Assembly (NCBI RefSeq): GCF_006345805.1
Contig: NW_021836315.1
Coordinates: 1-64,000, forward strand
DNA: 64,000 nucleotides
Reading direction: 5' to 3'
Source: Octopus sinensis
Taxonomy: Eukaryota
The notes under the pieces were generated by a model. The model was not told the origin of the DNA and searched no databases. It was given only the letters and a program-made list of their open reading frames with translations. Within the stretch, counting starts at the first letter, position 1, and each line of letters begins with the position of its first letter. Position numbers and translations under genes: made by a program. Of the stretch, positions 51,342 to 64,000 are shown piece by piece.

Positions 51342-51816
51342 TCAGAAATATTAATTTCTAAATATCTCAGAGAGATATGGGCGGTGGTGGAACGAGAGGG
51401 CGGTGGTATACTGTCAACTTAACGTGACAGTCCCATAAAGGGAATCATAACACCGCTATTTAGCCCTAGGAAGTATCGACGTTTCGTGCCGGCTTTGACA
51501 CATTTCCTGTGTCCTTATATTTACGAAGGGGAGACAAGCACCCCATCAGCTAGCCCTGCATCTAGAGACATACATGTTTCTGAGTCTTATATACATGTAT
51601 GTATGTATATATGTATGTATATATACATAAGAGAATTTTTATGTGTGTGTGTGCGCGTGCGTGCGGTCGTATGTTCCATAGGCATTCGGAAACTGGGATG
51701 CCAATTTTGATGCATGGGGTATCCAAAGATTCAATATTTTTTCGGCTACCAATTAAACTTTATTTCATTTACATATATTTGCATTACAAAATTTTAACAT
51801 TATGATCTGTCTAGAA

Positions 51817-52014
51817 CAGGGGTGGGCAAACTACGGCCCGCCATAGGTTTTCATGCGGCCCACCGAGAGCTTTTATGAATCCCAACTTCTATGCAGATAC
51901 TTCGTAACTGTACGGTAATTCACAATATTTTCACTTGATTTTTATAAATGAGGCCCGCCAAGGTTCCAAAGACGCACTGTGCGGCCCGCGATCAAAAAAG
52001 TTTGCCCACCCCTG
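51817..52014. mobile_element. hAT (Charlie-type) MITE
   Basis: Perfect 16-bp TIR CAGGGGTGGGCAAACT; perfect 8-bp TSD GTCTAGAA (51809-51816, 52015-52022). Confidence 0.95.
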
Positions 52015-52316
52015 GTCTAGAATATGCGTGAGATCATAATTTTAACATTATGGCCTTTTCACTATTCCGTGTTCTAGAAACGTGGAATTAGAAACACGGA
52101 ATTAGAAAAAAGACAGAGAGAAGAGAGAAAGAAACAGAAAGAAACTAAGTTTCTATAGAAGTTGTAAACAGAGGGATAGCGGGAGATAGAGAGAGCGAAG
52201 GTATGCGACTATACCGTCCAACTTTGAAAGGCGCCGATCTGAAAGAGTTTTGTTTAGTTGCGGCCTAGACGTTAAACGAACAACAGCGTTGACTTTGAAG
52301 TATTACTCTTTGAAGT

Positions 52317-52698
52317 GTGGAGGCGCAATGGCCCAGTGGTTAGGGCAGCGGACTCGCAGTCGTAGGATCGCGGTTTCGATTCCCAGACCGAGCGTTGTGA
52401 GTGTTTATTGAGCGAAAACACCTAAAGCTCCACGAGGCTCCGGCAGGGATTGTGGTGATCCCTGCTGTACTCTTTCACCACAACTTTCTCTCACTCTTTC
52501 TTCCTGTTTCTGTTGTACCTGTATTTCAAAGGGCCGGCCTTGTCACTCTCTGTGTCACGCTGAATATCCCCGAGAACTACGTTAAGGGTACACGTGTCTG
52601 TGGAGTGCTCAGCCATTTACACGTTAATTTCACGAGCAGGCTGTTCCGTTGATCGGATCAACCGGAACCCTCGTCGTCGAAACCGACGGAGTGCTTCC
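52317..52698 (+). mobile_element. SINE family C, full length
   Basis: A- and B-boxes; 12-bp TSD ACTCTTTGAAGT (52305-52316, 52699-52710). Confidence 0.95.
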
Positions 52699-52918
52699 AC
52701 TCTTTGAAGTACTACACTTTGGATTTTGCCTTTAATCGTGTAGAGTTGCGGTTTAAACAGCATTAACGATTATCATTACTTATGTGCTGAAATATTATTC
52801 TGGTTTTTATAAACAAAACTAAGATTCGACTGATTTCACAGCACTCACAACGCTCTCAAATATAGCTGAAGAGAAAATGCTACTTGTCTAAGTAGAAAGT
52901 CATAGCGGCTCTTTCAAT

Positions 52919-53335
52919 AAGGCGGCGTGGTGGCCGAAACGTTAGCACGCCGGGCGAAATACTTAGCAGTATTTCGTCTGTCTTTATGTTCTGAGTTCAC
53001 ATTCCGCCGAGATCGACTGTGCCTTTCATCCTTTCGGGATCGATTAAATAAGTACCTGTTACGCACTGGGGTCGATATAATCGACTTAATCCGTTTGTCT
53101 GTCCTTGTTTGTCCTCTCTGTGTTTAGCCTTTTGTGGGTAATAAAGAAATAGGTATTTCGTCTGCCGCTACGTTCTGAGTTTAAATTCTGCCGAGGTCGA
53201 CCTTACCTTTCATCGTTTCGGGGTCGATAAATTAAGTACCAGTTACGTACTGGGGTCGATCTAATCGACTGGCTTCTCCCCCCCCCCCCAAAAAAAAGAA
53301 TTTCGGGCCTTGTGCTTATAGTAGAAAATAATATA
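52919..53335 (+). mobile_element. SINE family B dimer (tail-1 unit plus truncated tail-2 unit)
   Basis: Second unit starts at TATTTCGTCTG (53154). Confidence 0.9.
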
Positions 53336-54512
53336 ATTACAGAAATATTATTAAATCTCCGAACAAGAGCATTAATAAATCTCCGAACGAGATGTAAACA
53401 GTAACCGCTCGTCAACGTAAAGTGTACTAGCCATCTGAATGTGGCTAGCCACTGGGGTGGGGGGGTTACTGACGCTTTTAGCCCCAGGAGATCGACGTCT
53501 CCAGCTGGCCTTAGACACAATTTCTGTGCCCTTATGTTATTTGCAAAGGGAGGTCATCCTCCCTCGAAAACCTAAGTGATACATACGGACTATAGTTTCA
53601 AGGTTTTTGCCTCTCGTCAACACATGGTAAACACCGGTTTTCAATGAAGGAGACCTTTGCAAACAACTATTTAATGTTTTTCCCAGCAACCACAGTCACT
53701 GATTTTCCATTCCTTATAATCAGTTTCAGGATAATACCGTTTTAAAAGTCCTAACACCTTTACCGTATTCCTGCTATGCTTCTTTATCAGTCTGAGAATT
53801 CAACGCCTCGCAACCTTTTTTACTGCTTTAGTAACTATTTATTCTACAGTCAGTAACATTACACGGTTAAAATACAGAGCAAGTGATGTCAAATTAACTT
53901 ATATCTAGCTATATACATCCTTCGGCAAATGTTCTAAATTAATTAACACTCACAACAGCAATATATTCTTTGTACACACTTCGTTCAACGTCCATTTAAA
54001 ATTTGTAAATTAATATATTATTTTGGTATGAAAAATTGAATTATGCCTTCTGAATTTTCTGAATTTTCTTGGAGTTTGGCTTTCTTCAATGTGATATTCA
54101 ATCCTGAATTTTATCACATTTAGTACATGTTCCAAATAAATTTTGACTTTCTGTTCTTTGTTATATTGGTGACTCATAAAAATTTTTGCTAAATTGGTTA
54201 ATTTCACACGCTGGAATATTCGCCTGCTTCACAAAAAAATAAATCATAGCATAACTATGCTATAGAAAGTATGTTTTCCTCATATTAACTGCATTTCGTT
54301 TCGCATCAATATTGTGTGTGTACGTTTTCCTGTTTTCAATATTATCAATTCTATGAGAGTTTATGCGTCTGCCAATGTGTGTGTGTTTCCGCGTTCGTTT
54401 CGTCTGTAGTAAATTATATTTTACGCCGTTTTAATGAACCTACATCTAATAAAGTAGCCAAAAACATCGTGATATTCTCATTCGTGGTAGCGAACAACTT
54501 TGAACTTGTATC

Positions 54513-54731
54513 TATTTCTTTACTACCCACAAGGGGCTAAATACAGAAGGGACAAACGGATTAAGTCGATTATATCGACCCCAGTGCGTAACTGGTACTT
54601 AATTTATCGACCCCGAAAGGATGAAAAGCAAAGTCTACCTCGGCGGAATTTGAACTCAGAACGTAACGGCAGACGAAATACGGCTACGCATTTCGCCCGG
54701 CGCGCTAACGTTTCAGCCAGCTCGCCACCTT
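54513..54731 (-). mobile_element. SINE family B (tail type 1)
   Basis: TSD TTGAACTTGTATC (54500-54512, 54737-54749). Confidence 0.92.
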
Positions 54732-54744
54732 AAACCTTGAACTT

Positions 54745-54850
54745 GTATCAGGCACTCATCCGTCTTATGCTCTCCAGCATCTTCTTATTCTGTGGAATGA
54801 ACAAGATGGGTATAATTTCAATATTCCACAGATTGAAACTGCACCATACA
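54745..54850 (+). pseudogene. Helitron Rep-region fragment in opposite orientation
   Basis: HPSYALQHLLILWNEQDGYNFNIPQ resembles Helitron HRSYDALQYPLxFWxGEDGYHFNI (from memory). Confidence 0.55.
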
Positions 54851-54939
54851 AAATTGGGGATGGAAGATATGCGATTTTTTTTAACGCATCGAGAAGCTGT
54901 CAGTGGACATACTGTTCATTGCGGCAGTCGATGCTGCAT

Positions 54940-57038
54940 CTAACCCGACCCATCGTCTGAGATTTTTAACACCTCGTTCAGGTTTATTGTTCTACATCAC
55001 TCATAAAATAAATTTGGAGAAACTTTAGTTGTTCATTAGTGGGTAGCAGGGAAACAATGAGGTCATAGACTTGTCCTTGAACTTTGAACGTCGGCATAAA
55101 TCCATGTTGAGCTATCTCCTTAAATGCAACAAACGATATCATTTGAAATCCAGAGTTGTATTGTCTGATATTGTTCTGAGAATCCTTTGACTGGATGGAA
55201 ATGCCTTCCAGAAGACCCCTAAGAAGTGGGTGAGGAGCTGGTATTGCTGGCACTCGTACACTATTGCCTGAGCAGCATATGCTATTAGTTTCTTTTGTCA
55301 ATTTTAAAGATTAACAGAAACGACAATTTCAGTTTTGCACACCGATTGGGACAAAATTTTCACTTCTATAAGAATGGGATGGATCACATCTTAAAGCAAC
55401 TCCAGGAGTTGTGAAGAACGAATTCGTATGAGTTCTGTTTCCGAGGGCTATTCATTTGGACCTCTGTCTAATCATTAAAACAACGTTTTATTGATTCAGC
55501 ATTAAGTGCTGTACCATACCTTTCCTGATCTTGTGTAAGTCTCATTTACCTTCTCTCTTGAGGCTCCATTTAACTTGCTGCAGCATGCATTTGCTGGTCT
55601 TGGGAAAGTCTCATCTCCTTTCGGCATTGAGACTCTATTCGACGTTCTGCAGCATACGTTTGCTGCCGTCTCTTTTGAGATTCTCCCCTTTGGTTTTCTA
55701 CAAGGCTCATTGATTTATACTTGTTTCTGGAGAGATAACGTATTTTCTTTGGTGGTATATTTTTTCAGTACTGTAAACAAAAATTTAAGAACACAGAAAA
55801 GAAATCATGCATTAATCTCTATTAATGTAAGCAGTTGTATGTATGTTCTCTGGGTTTTTTATTGTATGAAGTGTAAATTAACCAGATAGAAGCAAACTAG
55901 CCAAATAGAAGCACATGTATGAACCGATCATTTAACGGTAAATGCCACAATGATTATAATAGATAAATGTCTTTACACACACACACACACACACACACAA
56001 CACACACACACACATACACATTAAGCACATGCTTTAAATGTTAACTTCAAGGTAAATATGTAATTGTAAATACATTGCAACCTTTGAACTGCTCCGATAA
56101 TTATTAACTGGTAATTGAACGGTAAATGTTTACCTTTATACACCTTGGGCCTCCAACCCCGTTGTTTTAGGTCATCCGTTTCACCTCCAGTCGTTCGTTA
56201 TGTCAATCAACACACATACACTAACACACCATTCCGCTGTGGTGTCCGTGAAAACAGAAAGTTGCCGATGCGTAATGTTGTTCACATTAAGATATAAATT
56301 ATTTATTTATTTGAAATATAATAGATGATCTTTGTGTTATCACGTTAAAATTAAAAGTGAACTACATTATAGCGTTATCACATTAGAATTAAAAGTGAAA
56401 GAACAAAAGTGAAACATTATTTTTTTCACATTACAATATAGATCTTATTCTTTCACTTTTGACGCTATTACCGAACCGGTGCCAATGTTATATTGTTTTA
56501 ATCCCAATGAAAACAAACTACATGTTGACACTTATGGGTTCTGACACTATCACCTTGTAACATTTTATTTCATTTGGTCGAGCCGTTTGAGAATGCATAG
56601 GGAACAGACAGATAGAGAGACAGAAATTTAAATTTATATAGATGATAAGCAGTTTTCTTTAATATAGTACAATTGTGACTAATTCGGAGAAACCTTACTT
56701 CCATTGTTTACACAAAATCACTCTCGTAATACAACACTGACATTTTAGTTCAAATTGAAAGTGTGTAAATATTTGCACTCTTTCATGAAAACTGGTCGTT
56801 GTAGAGTAGTGTGTTTTAAATAACTATAGCTAGTCGTTGAGATAAGGTAGAATACATGTAAATGAAAATATAGTTTAGTTGGTAGCCGAAAGATTACTGA
56901 ATATTTTGATACCACCTACGTCAAAATCTGCAACTCAGTTCTCGAATGCATAAGGAACATACGCAGGCACGCATACACACAGAGACACACGCACAAACAC
57001 ACACATATACACATAAACTCTCTTTTTATATTTATAGA
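54940..57038 (-). mobile_element. decayed autonomous Helitron, 5' part (RepHel N-terminal region)
   Basis: ORF 54984-55301: CCSGNSVRVPAIP...NIRQYNSGFQMISF...FMPTFKVQGQVYDLIVSLLP...FLQIYF; charged N-terminal repeats ~55500-55700; A|TC 5' termini at 57038 and 56642. Confidence 0.85.
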
Positions 57039-57041
57039 TGA

Positions 57042-58140
57042 GTAGCTGAATGACCCGGCGTTGACCGGGTAAATGCTGCTCTTATTAACTTTAGTAAACA
57101 ATAAATATAAAAATATATTCTCATAAGTATTTCAAAATATTTATATTTTATTTTTAAAAAATCATCCAAATTGTAATGATAATAGAATTTCTAACTGAAA
57201 AGATGTCAATATTGAAGCACCTCAGGGTAAACAATATTTATTGTGTAATTTTTTGTTGTTGTCGAAATGAATAAATTTGTTGGTGTTTCCAACTTGTGAG
57301 AAACCAACATAGATTGGGCCGTGGGAGAAGCGTGTAGTAGAGAGATCAAGTACAACTACCTCGTGGGATTGACCTGATATTGGTTAATTGAAATACCAAA
57401 GCTTAGTTTGACTGGAAATTGACGCGTCTTAAATCCAAATGAAACATTAGTAGGTATGAAAGGAATTTTTTGAATAAAGGTATTGTTTCCTTTGTGACTA
57501 CCTGTTATGACTGTTGCCTGTAGGAGATGGAACTTCATGCAAATAACAAGGGAGTTCCGCTACACAGGGGAGGTGGGTCAGGATACCTAAACAACATAAT
57601 GGGAGCACCCAATTTTAGTGTCAAGTTATTCGGTGGCATCCCAGTGGGTTTCAGTGTGTTCAGAAATTCAACAGAATATTGTTAAGTTAATTTTTTGGCT
57701 CAAAAAGCAAAAATCAAGGCCATGTAGGGGGACATGGAGTTATGTACAAGGAGGGTGTTCATGTAAAGAGTTCAGGCAATTTCTGGTCAAGAGAGACTTT
57801 GAACCGAGCCGTCGTCGGCATCTTCACTATCTCGTCCGGCAGCTTATTGAACAACTTAACAATGACTGACTGTTGTGAATTGATCGAAAAGTCAATTCTG
57901 ATGTATCTGTTAAATTCTGAAGAAGTTCATGAGTAAGTTTATCAGCCAATTCATTAGTTGCTCTTTGGCTATGCAGAGGTGAGGATGGGTAGTATAGGCC
58001 ATTGGTTTGATCTTCCTCACAACAGGGCCCAGCACAATGAATTAAGAAGCGGTCAGATCAGCAAGTACAGCCACTATAGCCATCCAGTTACTCAAGTTCA
58101 TTGTCTGAGTTGACAAAGGATACTTTCTCAACATGAACTT
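57042..58140 (-). mobile_element. decayed autonomous Helitron, 3' part (Pif1 helicase C-terminus and 3' hairpin)
   Basis: YSVEFLNTLKPTGMPPNNLTLKLGAPIMLFR; QATVITGSHKGNNTFIQKIPFIPTNVSFGFKTRQFPVKLSFGISIN; hairpin CCCGGTCAACGCCGGG then CTAC (decayed CTAG). Confidence 0.85.
57690..57868 (-). mobile_element. CR1/L2-like LINE 3' end nested in the Helitron helicase
   Basis: VIVKLFNKLPDEIVKMPTTARFKVSLDQKLPELF resembles the CR1 C-terminus. Confidence 0.6.
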
Positions 58141-58174
58141 TTAATTGCTTTTGGTGGAATAATGTTGTAACATA

Positions 58175-58565
58175 TCTTTATATATAAAAGAAAGGTTGTG
58201 TGTCTGTCTCCTACGATTTAGATTCCTAACTACTCCCACATTTTGCGGTGCAGTTTAACCAAAACCGGGTATCTTATAGTCGTGATTCATATCGAGCCCT
58301 TCTGGGTATTAGCGCGCGTCTACGATGAGCCTACGATTTAAAAAATAATTTACCATCATGTTTTCCATTTTAATGCATATTTTTTTAATATAAGAGAAGT
58401 AATTCTCTAAAAATGTCTACGATGAGTCAACGATTTAAAAAAAATTTACCATAATTTTTTTTTCATTTTTGATGCATTTTTTGCTATTTTTTGGCTATAA
58501 CTCTCTAAAAATGCTTTATAGTTATTTCCCTTACAAACCCGAGCAACGCCGGGCGATACTGCTAG
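58175..58565 (+). mobile_element. non-autonomous Helitron
   Basis: A|TCTTTATATATAAAAG ... CCCGAGCAACGCCGGG-CGATACTG-CTAG|T. Confidence 0.92.
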
Positions 58566-58589
58566 TACAATATAAAAATATGCTACCTG

Positions 58590-59320
58590 TCATTTTGCGT
58601 ATATGCTTACCTAATATAACTTCGGAGCGTCTATTAATTGTTCACTCTGGATGTGACGATCTCCAGTATTTCTACCTGGCATAAGTTGCACACCCGCGAT
58701 GTTCTGTTGTATGGTGGGGCGTTTTCTATAATAGACCAGTGGGTCGTATGGTCCACCCCTTTCAGTTTGATGCCTTCAGATGAGGTTAGATCGTGATGTG
58801 GAGTGTTTTTTGTTTACATTGGAAAATGACGTAAGACGGTTGCGAAGACGGTTTTTCATGGTTTCTCCGGTACCACCAATGTAGGTATTTCTATGTACCC
58901 GCCTTGACCTCACAATTCTAAACTACATACCTTATCACGTAGTTGTTGTTAAATCGGCATTCCACTTTTTGTCTGTAGTTACAAGTCATATTATGCTTTT
59001 CCAGTTCTGTAAGCGGAGTTATTACTGGTGGTCATACTTGTTCTTTCTCCTGCAATCGCGATCTCATTTTCCTTATGCATGGATTCGAACTCCATTTGTG
59101 TAGCGTTGTTTGAACGAGTTTCTGTCAGTGATCTTTTTCAGTATTCCTATGTGCAACCATTCTATCGTTTATTATGCTATGAGCTGCGGTTTTACCGTAT
59201 GTCCCTTCCAGTTCTATCCTACTGAGTTTTGTATTATTTAGTTTGTAAATGTAGCATTCTATGCGATCTCTCACATACGGAAGATACGTACAAAGACGTA
59301 ACATTTTCAGATCCATGTGT
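58590..59320 (-). mobile_element. third Penelope-like family, GIY-YIG endonuclease remnant
   Basis: CNYRQKVECRFN; TYIGGTGETMKNRLRNRLTSF; HWSIIENAPPYNRTSRVCNLCQVEILEI. Confidence 0.75.
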
Positions 59321-60264
59321 ATACAACACGCAGATATTGGAACGTGCTAGTGAGTTCATTCATATACATACACATTTCTGTAAGTGAATTTATGCAATGT
59401 ATCTACTTATGTATACGCCTGTATATATCTATATGGGATGTATGTATTTATGTATATATGTATGTATATGCATGTATATATCTATATATGTATGTGTACG
59501 CATGTTTGCATGCATGCATGTGTATGTATGTTTCTCTGTCTGTACGTGTATATATATATATATATGTATGTATATATGTATGTATGTAGGCTTAGATATA
59601 TTGATTTTTGAGTGAGATAGATGTTACGAAAGAAGATATCAAAATTATATATATATATATTTGATGCATAAATATATATTGAAAAGTATATTATTTTTAA
59701 GTATTGATGCCAGCTGGTTTCATATGTTATTTATTGCATTATCGCAAATGCCCAGCGGGTAATCATATTAAATATGAATTTGAAAATTCCTATTCTTTGT
59801 ATTAAATAATTCTTCACTTTTTCTGCTCGTAACTTCTAAAATGGTTATGTTTTAATATTCGTCTTTCTTGAATTTATTGTTATGTCAGAGTGAATTTTAG
59901 GCAATTCTTCAATATTGCTATTGTATTCTTCTATATTATTCTTCAAAAAAGATAGCTCTTCTGTCGTTGACTTGCTGTGATTTTTTGTAAATCCTCAAAC
60001 AATATTTCTTAATCCTACTCCTTACATCTGTTGTGTCTCAGAATGCGATTGTGTACCAGCCTAAATGGCTTTAAGATTTTTCTCCTGAATATTATTTTAG
60101 ACGGACAAATTACTGCTTTTATAGAGTTACGTTTTCAATCGAGTCTTTGCGGTGTCATTCCCACTGGTTTAGCACGTTTGTGTATTGTGTCCGACTGCAA
60201 GCACGGTACATCCAACGCTTTCTTACTTGATTACTTAGACACAATCTAAAGTGAAAGGCCTACG

Positions 60265-60470
60265 TGAGCAAATATACATACATATATAGGGAGAGTTTAC
60301 GAAAAAAAAACAACAGACGAAGACAGGGGGTGTACAAAACAAACAGATGTATTAGTAAAACGCTCAGGAATAGAAAAAAGTATTTTACGTTTCGAGCCTA
60401 CGCTCTTGTACAGAAAGGGACACAGAAAAAAAGAGGAGAGAAAAAATGTGTGTAGTGGCTACATATATAT
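60265..60470 (-). mobile_element. solo tail of the Neptune-like PLE, with hammerhead-like motif (60381-60418)
   Basis: Minus CTTT-CTGTACA-A-GAGCGTAGGCTC-GAAACGTA and ATTCCTGAGCG...CTAATACA match 20630-20800. Confidence 0.8.
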
Positions 60471-61309
60471 ATATACATAAATATAGACATGCATCAAAAT
60501 ATAGGAAAATTTATTGTTGACAACGCACGTAAATTTGAAAAACTCGTAATTGTTTTAAAATAAATTTATTTACGAACATACCAAACTAGGTTCAAAATAT
60601 TTCTTGCTTATCATTGATAAATTTTTAATTATTAATTAGAAAAACATGCTTAGCAGTTTCAATGTTTTACAAGTTTCAGTAATATCACATATGATTCAAA
60701 TATTCATAACATTCAATAATATAAAAAAGTACGTCGTTTCTGGACCTTTGATTGAGATAGATAGACAGACAGACAGACAGACACGTACATGTATGCATAC
60801 ATACATACATAGAGAGACAGGACATTCTCCATTTGCTTTCCTTGAAGCAAATCCATTTACGATGTATTAGTTACCTTGGGCTTATAGCAGATGCCTCTTA
60901 CCCAAGGTTCGACGCAGTGAAGCAGAATTCGAAAGCCTGTGGAGTGAGATCTATGAAAATTTTCTTTTATGAAATTTGATAAAACTCAAACGTTCAGAAC
61001 TTATAATATTTAACGCAATGTCTAAATGGTTTTGATACGAAAATTGTTAAAAAAACGGTAAATTGAAATTTAATTTAGTAATTTTGATTATCCAATCTGT
61101 AACTCATGAACAGACATCAGGCTTCCTCACAGATTATGTATATTCACACTAAAGGAAACATTCAATAAAAAGAATGAATGTGATAAGGTGTATGGATGCG
61201 GAGGTGAAAGAAAGACAAACTAACGACCCCTGCATCCCTACATAACGAATGTATCCCTAGTTTTTAATTTCAGAAGTATACAATTATCAGATTCTTTCAT
61301 TCTTTTATT

Positions 61310-61534
61310 CTTTTTTCTTGTTTCAGTCGTTTGACTGCTGCCATGCTGGAGCATCGCCTTAGAGTGATACTTAGTCGAAGAAATCGCTCCCAGGACTTAT
61401 AGTTTATAAGCCTAGTACTAGTACTTATTCTATCGGTCACTTTTGCCGAACCGCTAATTTACGGGGACGTAAACACACCAGCATCAGTTACCGAGCGATA
61501 GTGGGGAAACAAAGACAAACACAAAGACACACGT

Positions 61535-61577
<43 letters not shown>

Positions 61578-61797
61578 TATATAAATATATATATATATAT
61601 ACATCTTTATACGACATACACAAACACATATATACAACGGGCTTTTCTTAGTTTCCGTCTATAAAATTCGCTCAAAAATCTTTGGTGAGCCTGACGCTAT
61701 AATGGAAGACACTTTTCGCAGGTATCACATTGTGGGACTGAAACAGGAACCATGTCGTTAGGAAGTATGCCTCTTACCACACAGCCACACCTGCGCA
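61310..61797 (-). mobile_element. SINE family A
   Basis: Full-length, diverged. Confidence 0.88.
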
Positions 61798-62546
61798 GTA
61801 AATAAACGTAGGTAAAAAATAGTGCACGGACTTGTTTGCTATATATACAATATATTGTGCATTCTACTTTGAAGAAAATTATGTGAAAGAAATTAGATAA
61901 AATATATCATGATTTGAAAAAACTCAAAGTAATACAAATCTTGTCAAGCCAATCCAAAGTTTAATGAGAGTGAAATCTCCCTGTTAATGCTGTGGTTGCA
62001 ATTTTAATTATGTTTGCATGGTAAAAGTATTAAAATCGACAGATGTAATTTATAATTATATATTGAAATGCATGTATACTTATACACCTGGGTTAGGTGT
62101 AAATATATTACAAATTGTGCATATTTGCATAAATTTTCACATCATAATTGCATTTTTACTCGTTAATCCATTTTCGGATTTTATATAACTGAAATATTTA
62201 ATTGTGCTTTATATAAAATCTTACATCGTGCATTATATGAAATATGCAGAGAAAAATAATTGCAAATTATTGTAAAAAATGTTGCATAAGTAAGAATATA
62301 AAAATTTTATCCTGAATAAGAGGTTCTCGTACAGCAAGCCATATTTTTGTTGCCCGAATTAATATTAAAGTCTAATGATAGATATGTGGATACACATAAC
62401 CAAAGAACAAAATATATATTCACATAGGCATACATACATTCGTATACCTATATACACACATATAAACATTTATATATATATATATACACAAACATATATA
62501 TATATATCAACACGTGGGGATAAAGGAAATTCCTTCTTTCTGTTAC

Positions 62547-62590
<44 letters not shown>

Positions 62591-62668
62591 TGTCAGTCAG
62601 TTTTTGTATTTACTTCTATACATACATTAGACATAATTTCATATATTTGTCTGCATGCTTCTTTATGC

Positions 62669-62704
<36 letters not shown>

Positions 62705-63173
62705 GTATATAAGGGAAGAGAGGGAGAGGGATCTATGCTCGAAATGTCAACCCTTTATTTTCAACGAGCGTCAAGATGCTATATTCCATTCATCATTGTT
62801 TGTGTGTGGAGGATAGATTATTTCAATTGACTATACGTATAGATAGGAGTTTGTGTGTCTGTTTGTTTCTGTATTTATCTATGCACAAAACAACATGCGT
62901 AGTTGCATACAGAATCGCGTACAAACACAAATATGAAACACGTTACGTTATATTAGCGCAATAAATCCCAGCTCTTCACTATACACAATTTTCCCTTCAT
63001 AACATAGTTTTATTCAATCGTAGAACACACCTGCAAAAAGGGGAAATGTTTTGTTTTAGCTTTCATCATTTATCTCCCGCAACACTCCCAGCGTGTTCTA
63101 TATTATCGATCCACAATATATTATAACAATCCACTTTTCTCTAACAATATCGTGCTTCCAAGATAGTCTACTC

Positions 63174-63174
<1 letters not shown>

Positions 63175-63269
<95 letters not shown>

Positions 63270-63383
63270 TGTTGTATATATGTGTGTGGTGTATATGTAT
63301 ATGTGTGTATGTATATGTTTAAAAACACATAATATATATATTAATATATATATAGTATGTATATATGTATGTATATATGTATG

Positions 63384-63423
<40 letters not shown>

Positions 63424-64000
63424 GTATGTATATATATATGTATTATATATATATGTATGTATATATATATGTATGTATATATATATGTATGTATGTATAC
63501 ATATGTATGTATGTTATATATATGTATGTATATATATATGTATGTATATATATAGTATGTATGTAATAGTATGTATGTATATATATATGTATGTATATAT
63601 ATATGTATGTATGTATATATATTGTATGTATGTATATATATGTATGTAGTATATATATGTATGATACATATGTATGTATGTATATATATGTAGTTATATA
63701 TGTATGTATGTATATGTATATAGATGATGATATATATGTATGTATGTATATATATATGTATGTATGTATACATATGTATGTATGTATATATATGTATGTA
63801 TGTATATATATGTATGTATGTGTATATATATATATATGTATGTATATATATATGTATGTGTATATATATATATATATATGTATGCGTGTATATATATATG
63901 TATGTATATATATATATATGTGTGTGTGTATATATATATGTATGTATATATATATATATGTGTGTGTATATATATATATGTATGTGTGTATATATATATG
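63175..64000. repeat. (TA/TG/TATG)n microsatellite running off the window end
   Basis: Direct observation. Confidence 0.97.

Noticed and set aside
52861-52910. CTGAAGA...stem-loop...GAAAGTC as a hammerhead
   Set aside because: Stem I cannot form and stem II spacing is wrong.
59700-60250. Possible N-terminal part of the third PLE
   Set aside because: No motif can be assigned with confidence by eye.
1233-64000. Dozens of ORFs rich in Y/I/C/V/M/H/T (e.g. 32119-32793, 63168-63773)
   Set aside because: They are translations of (TA)n/(TG)n/(CA)n microsatellites, which lack stop codons in several frames.

Overview
AT-rich eukaryotic (metazoan) non-coding DNA made mostly of huge (TA)n/(TG)n/(TATG)n/(ATT)n microsatellites and transposable elements. 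The repeat families look like those of octopus (coleoid cephalopod); this is inferred from remembered motifs, not from a search. No intact protein-coding gene is supportable, and nearly all ORFs in the track are translations of microsatellites. Recognisable content: (1) three tRNA-headed SINE families (called A, B, C here), many copies, several with target-site duplications (TSDs); (2) remnants of three different Penelope-like elements (PLEs; RT and/or GIY-YIG) with hammerhead-ribozyme motifs in their tails; (3) fragments of RTE, R4/Dong (RLE) and CR1-like LINEs; (4) five non-autonomous Helitrons and a decayed autonomous Helitron with a head-to-tail junction; (5) two hAT MITEs, a Tc1/mariner MITE, a mariner transposase remnant and a 204-bp foldback; (6) a 5'-truncated intron-containing tRNA-Leu(TAA); (7) a ~180-nt 28S rRNA fragment inserted into a LINE with a 16-bp duplication. 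The most interesting candidate system is a composite of tRNA-like head + (AAT)n + PLE 3' tail with a hammerhead ribozyme, seen twice. It may be a SINE mobilised by a Penelope-like element. SINE and LINE boundaries without TSDs are approximate (about +/-10-20 bp).
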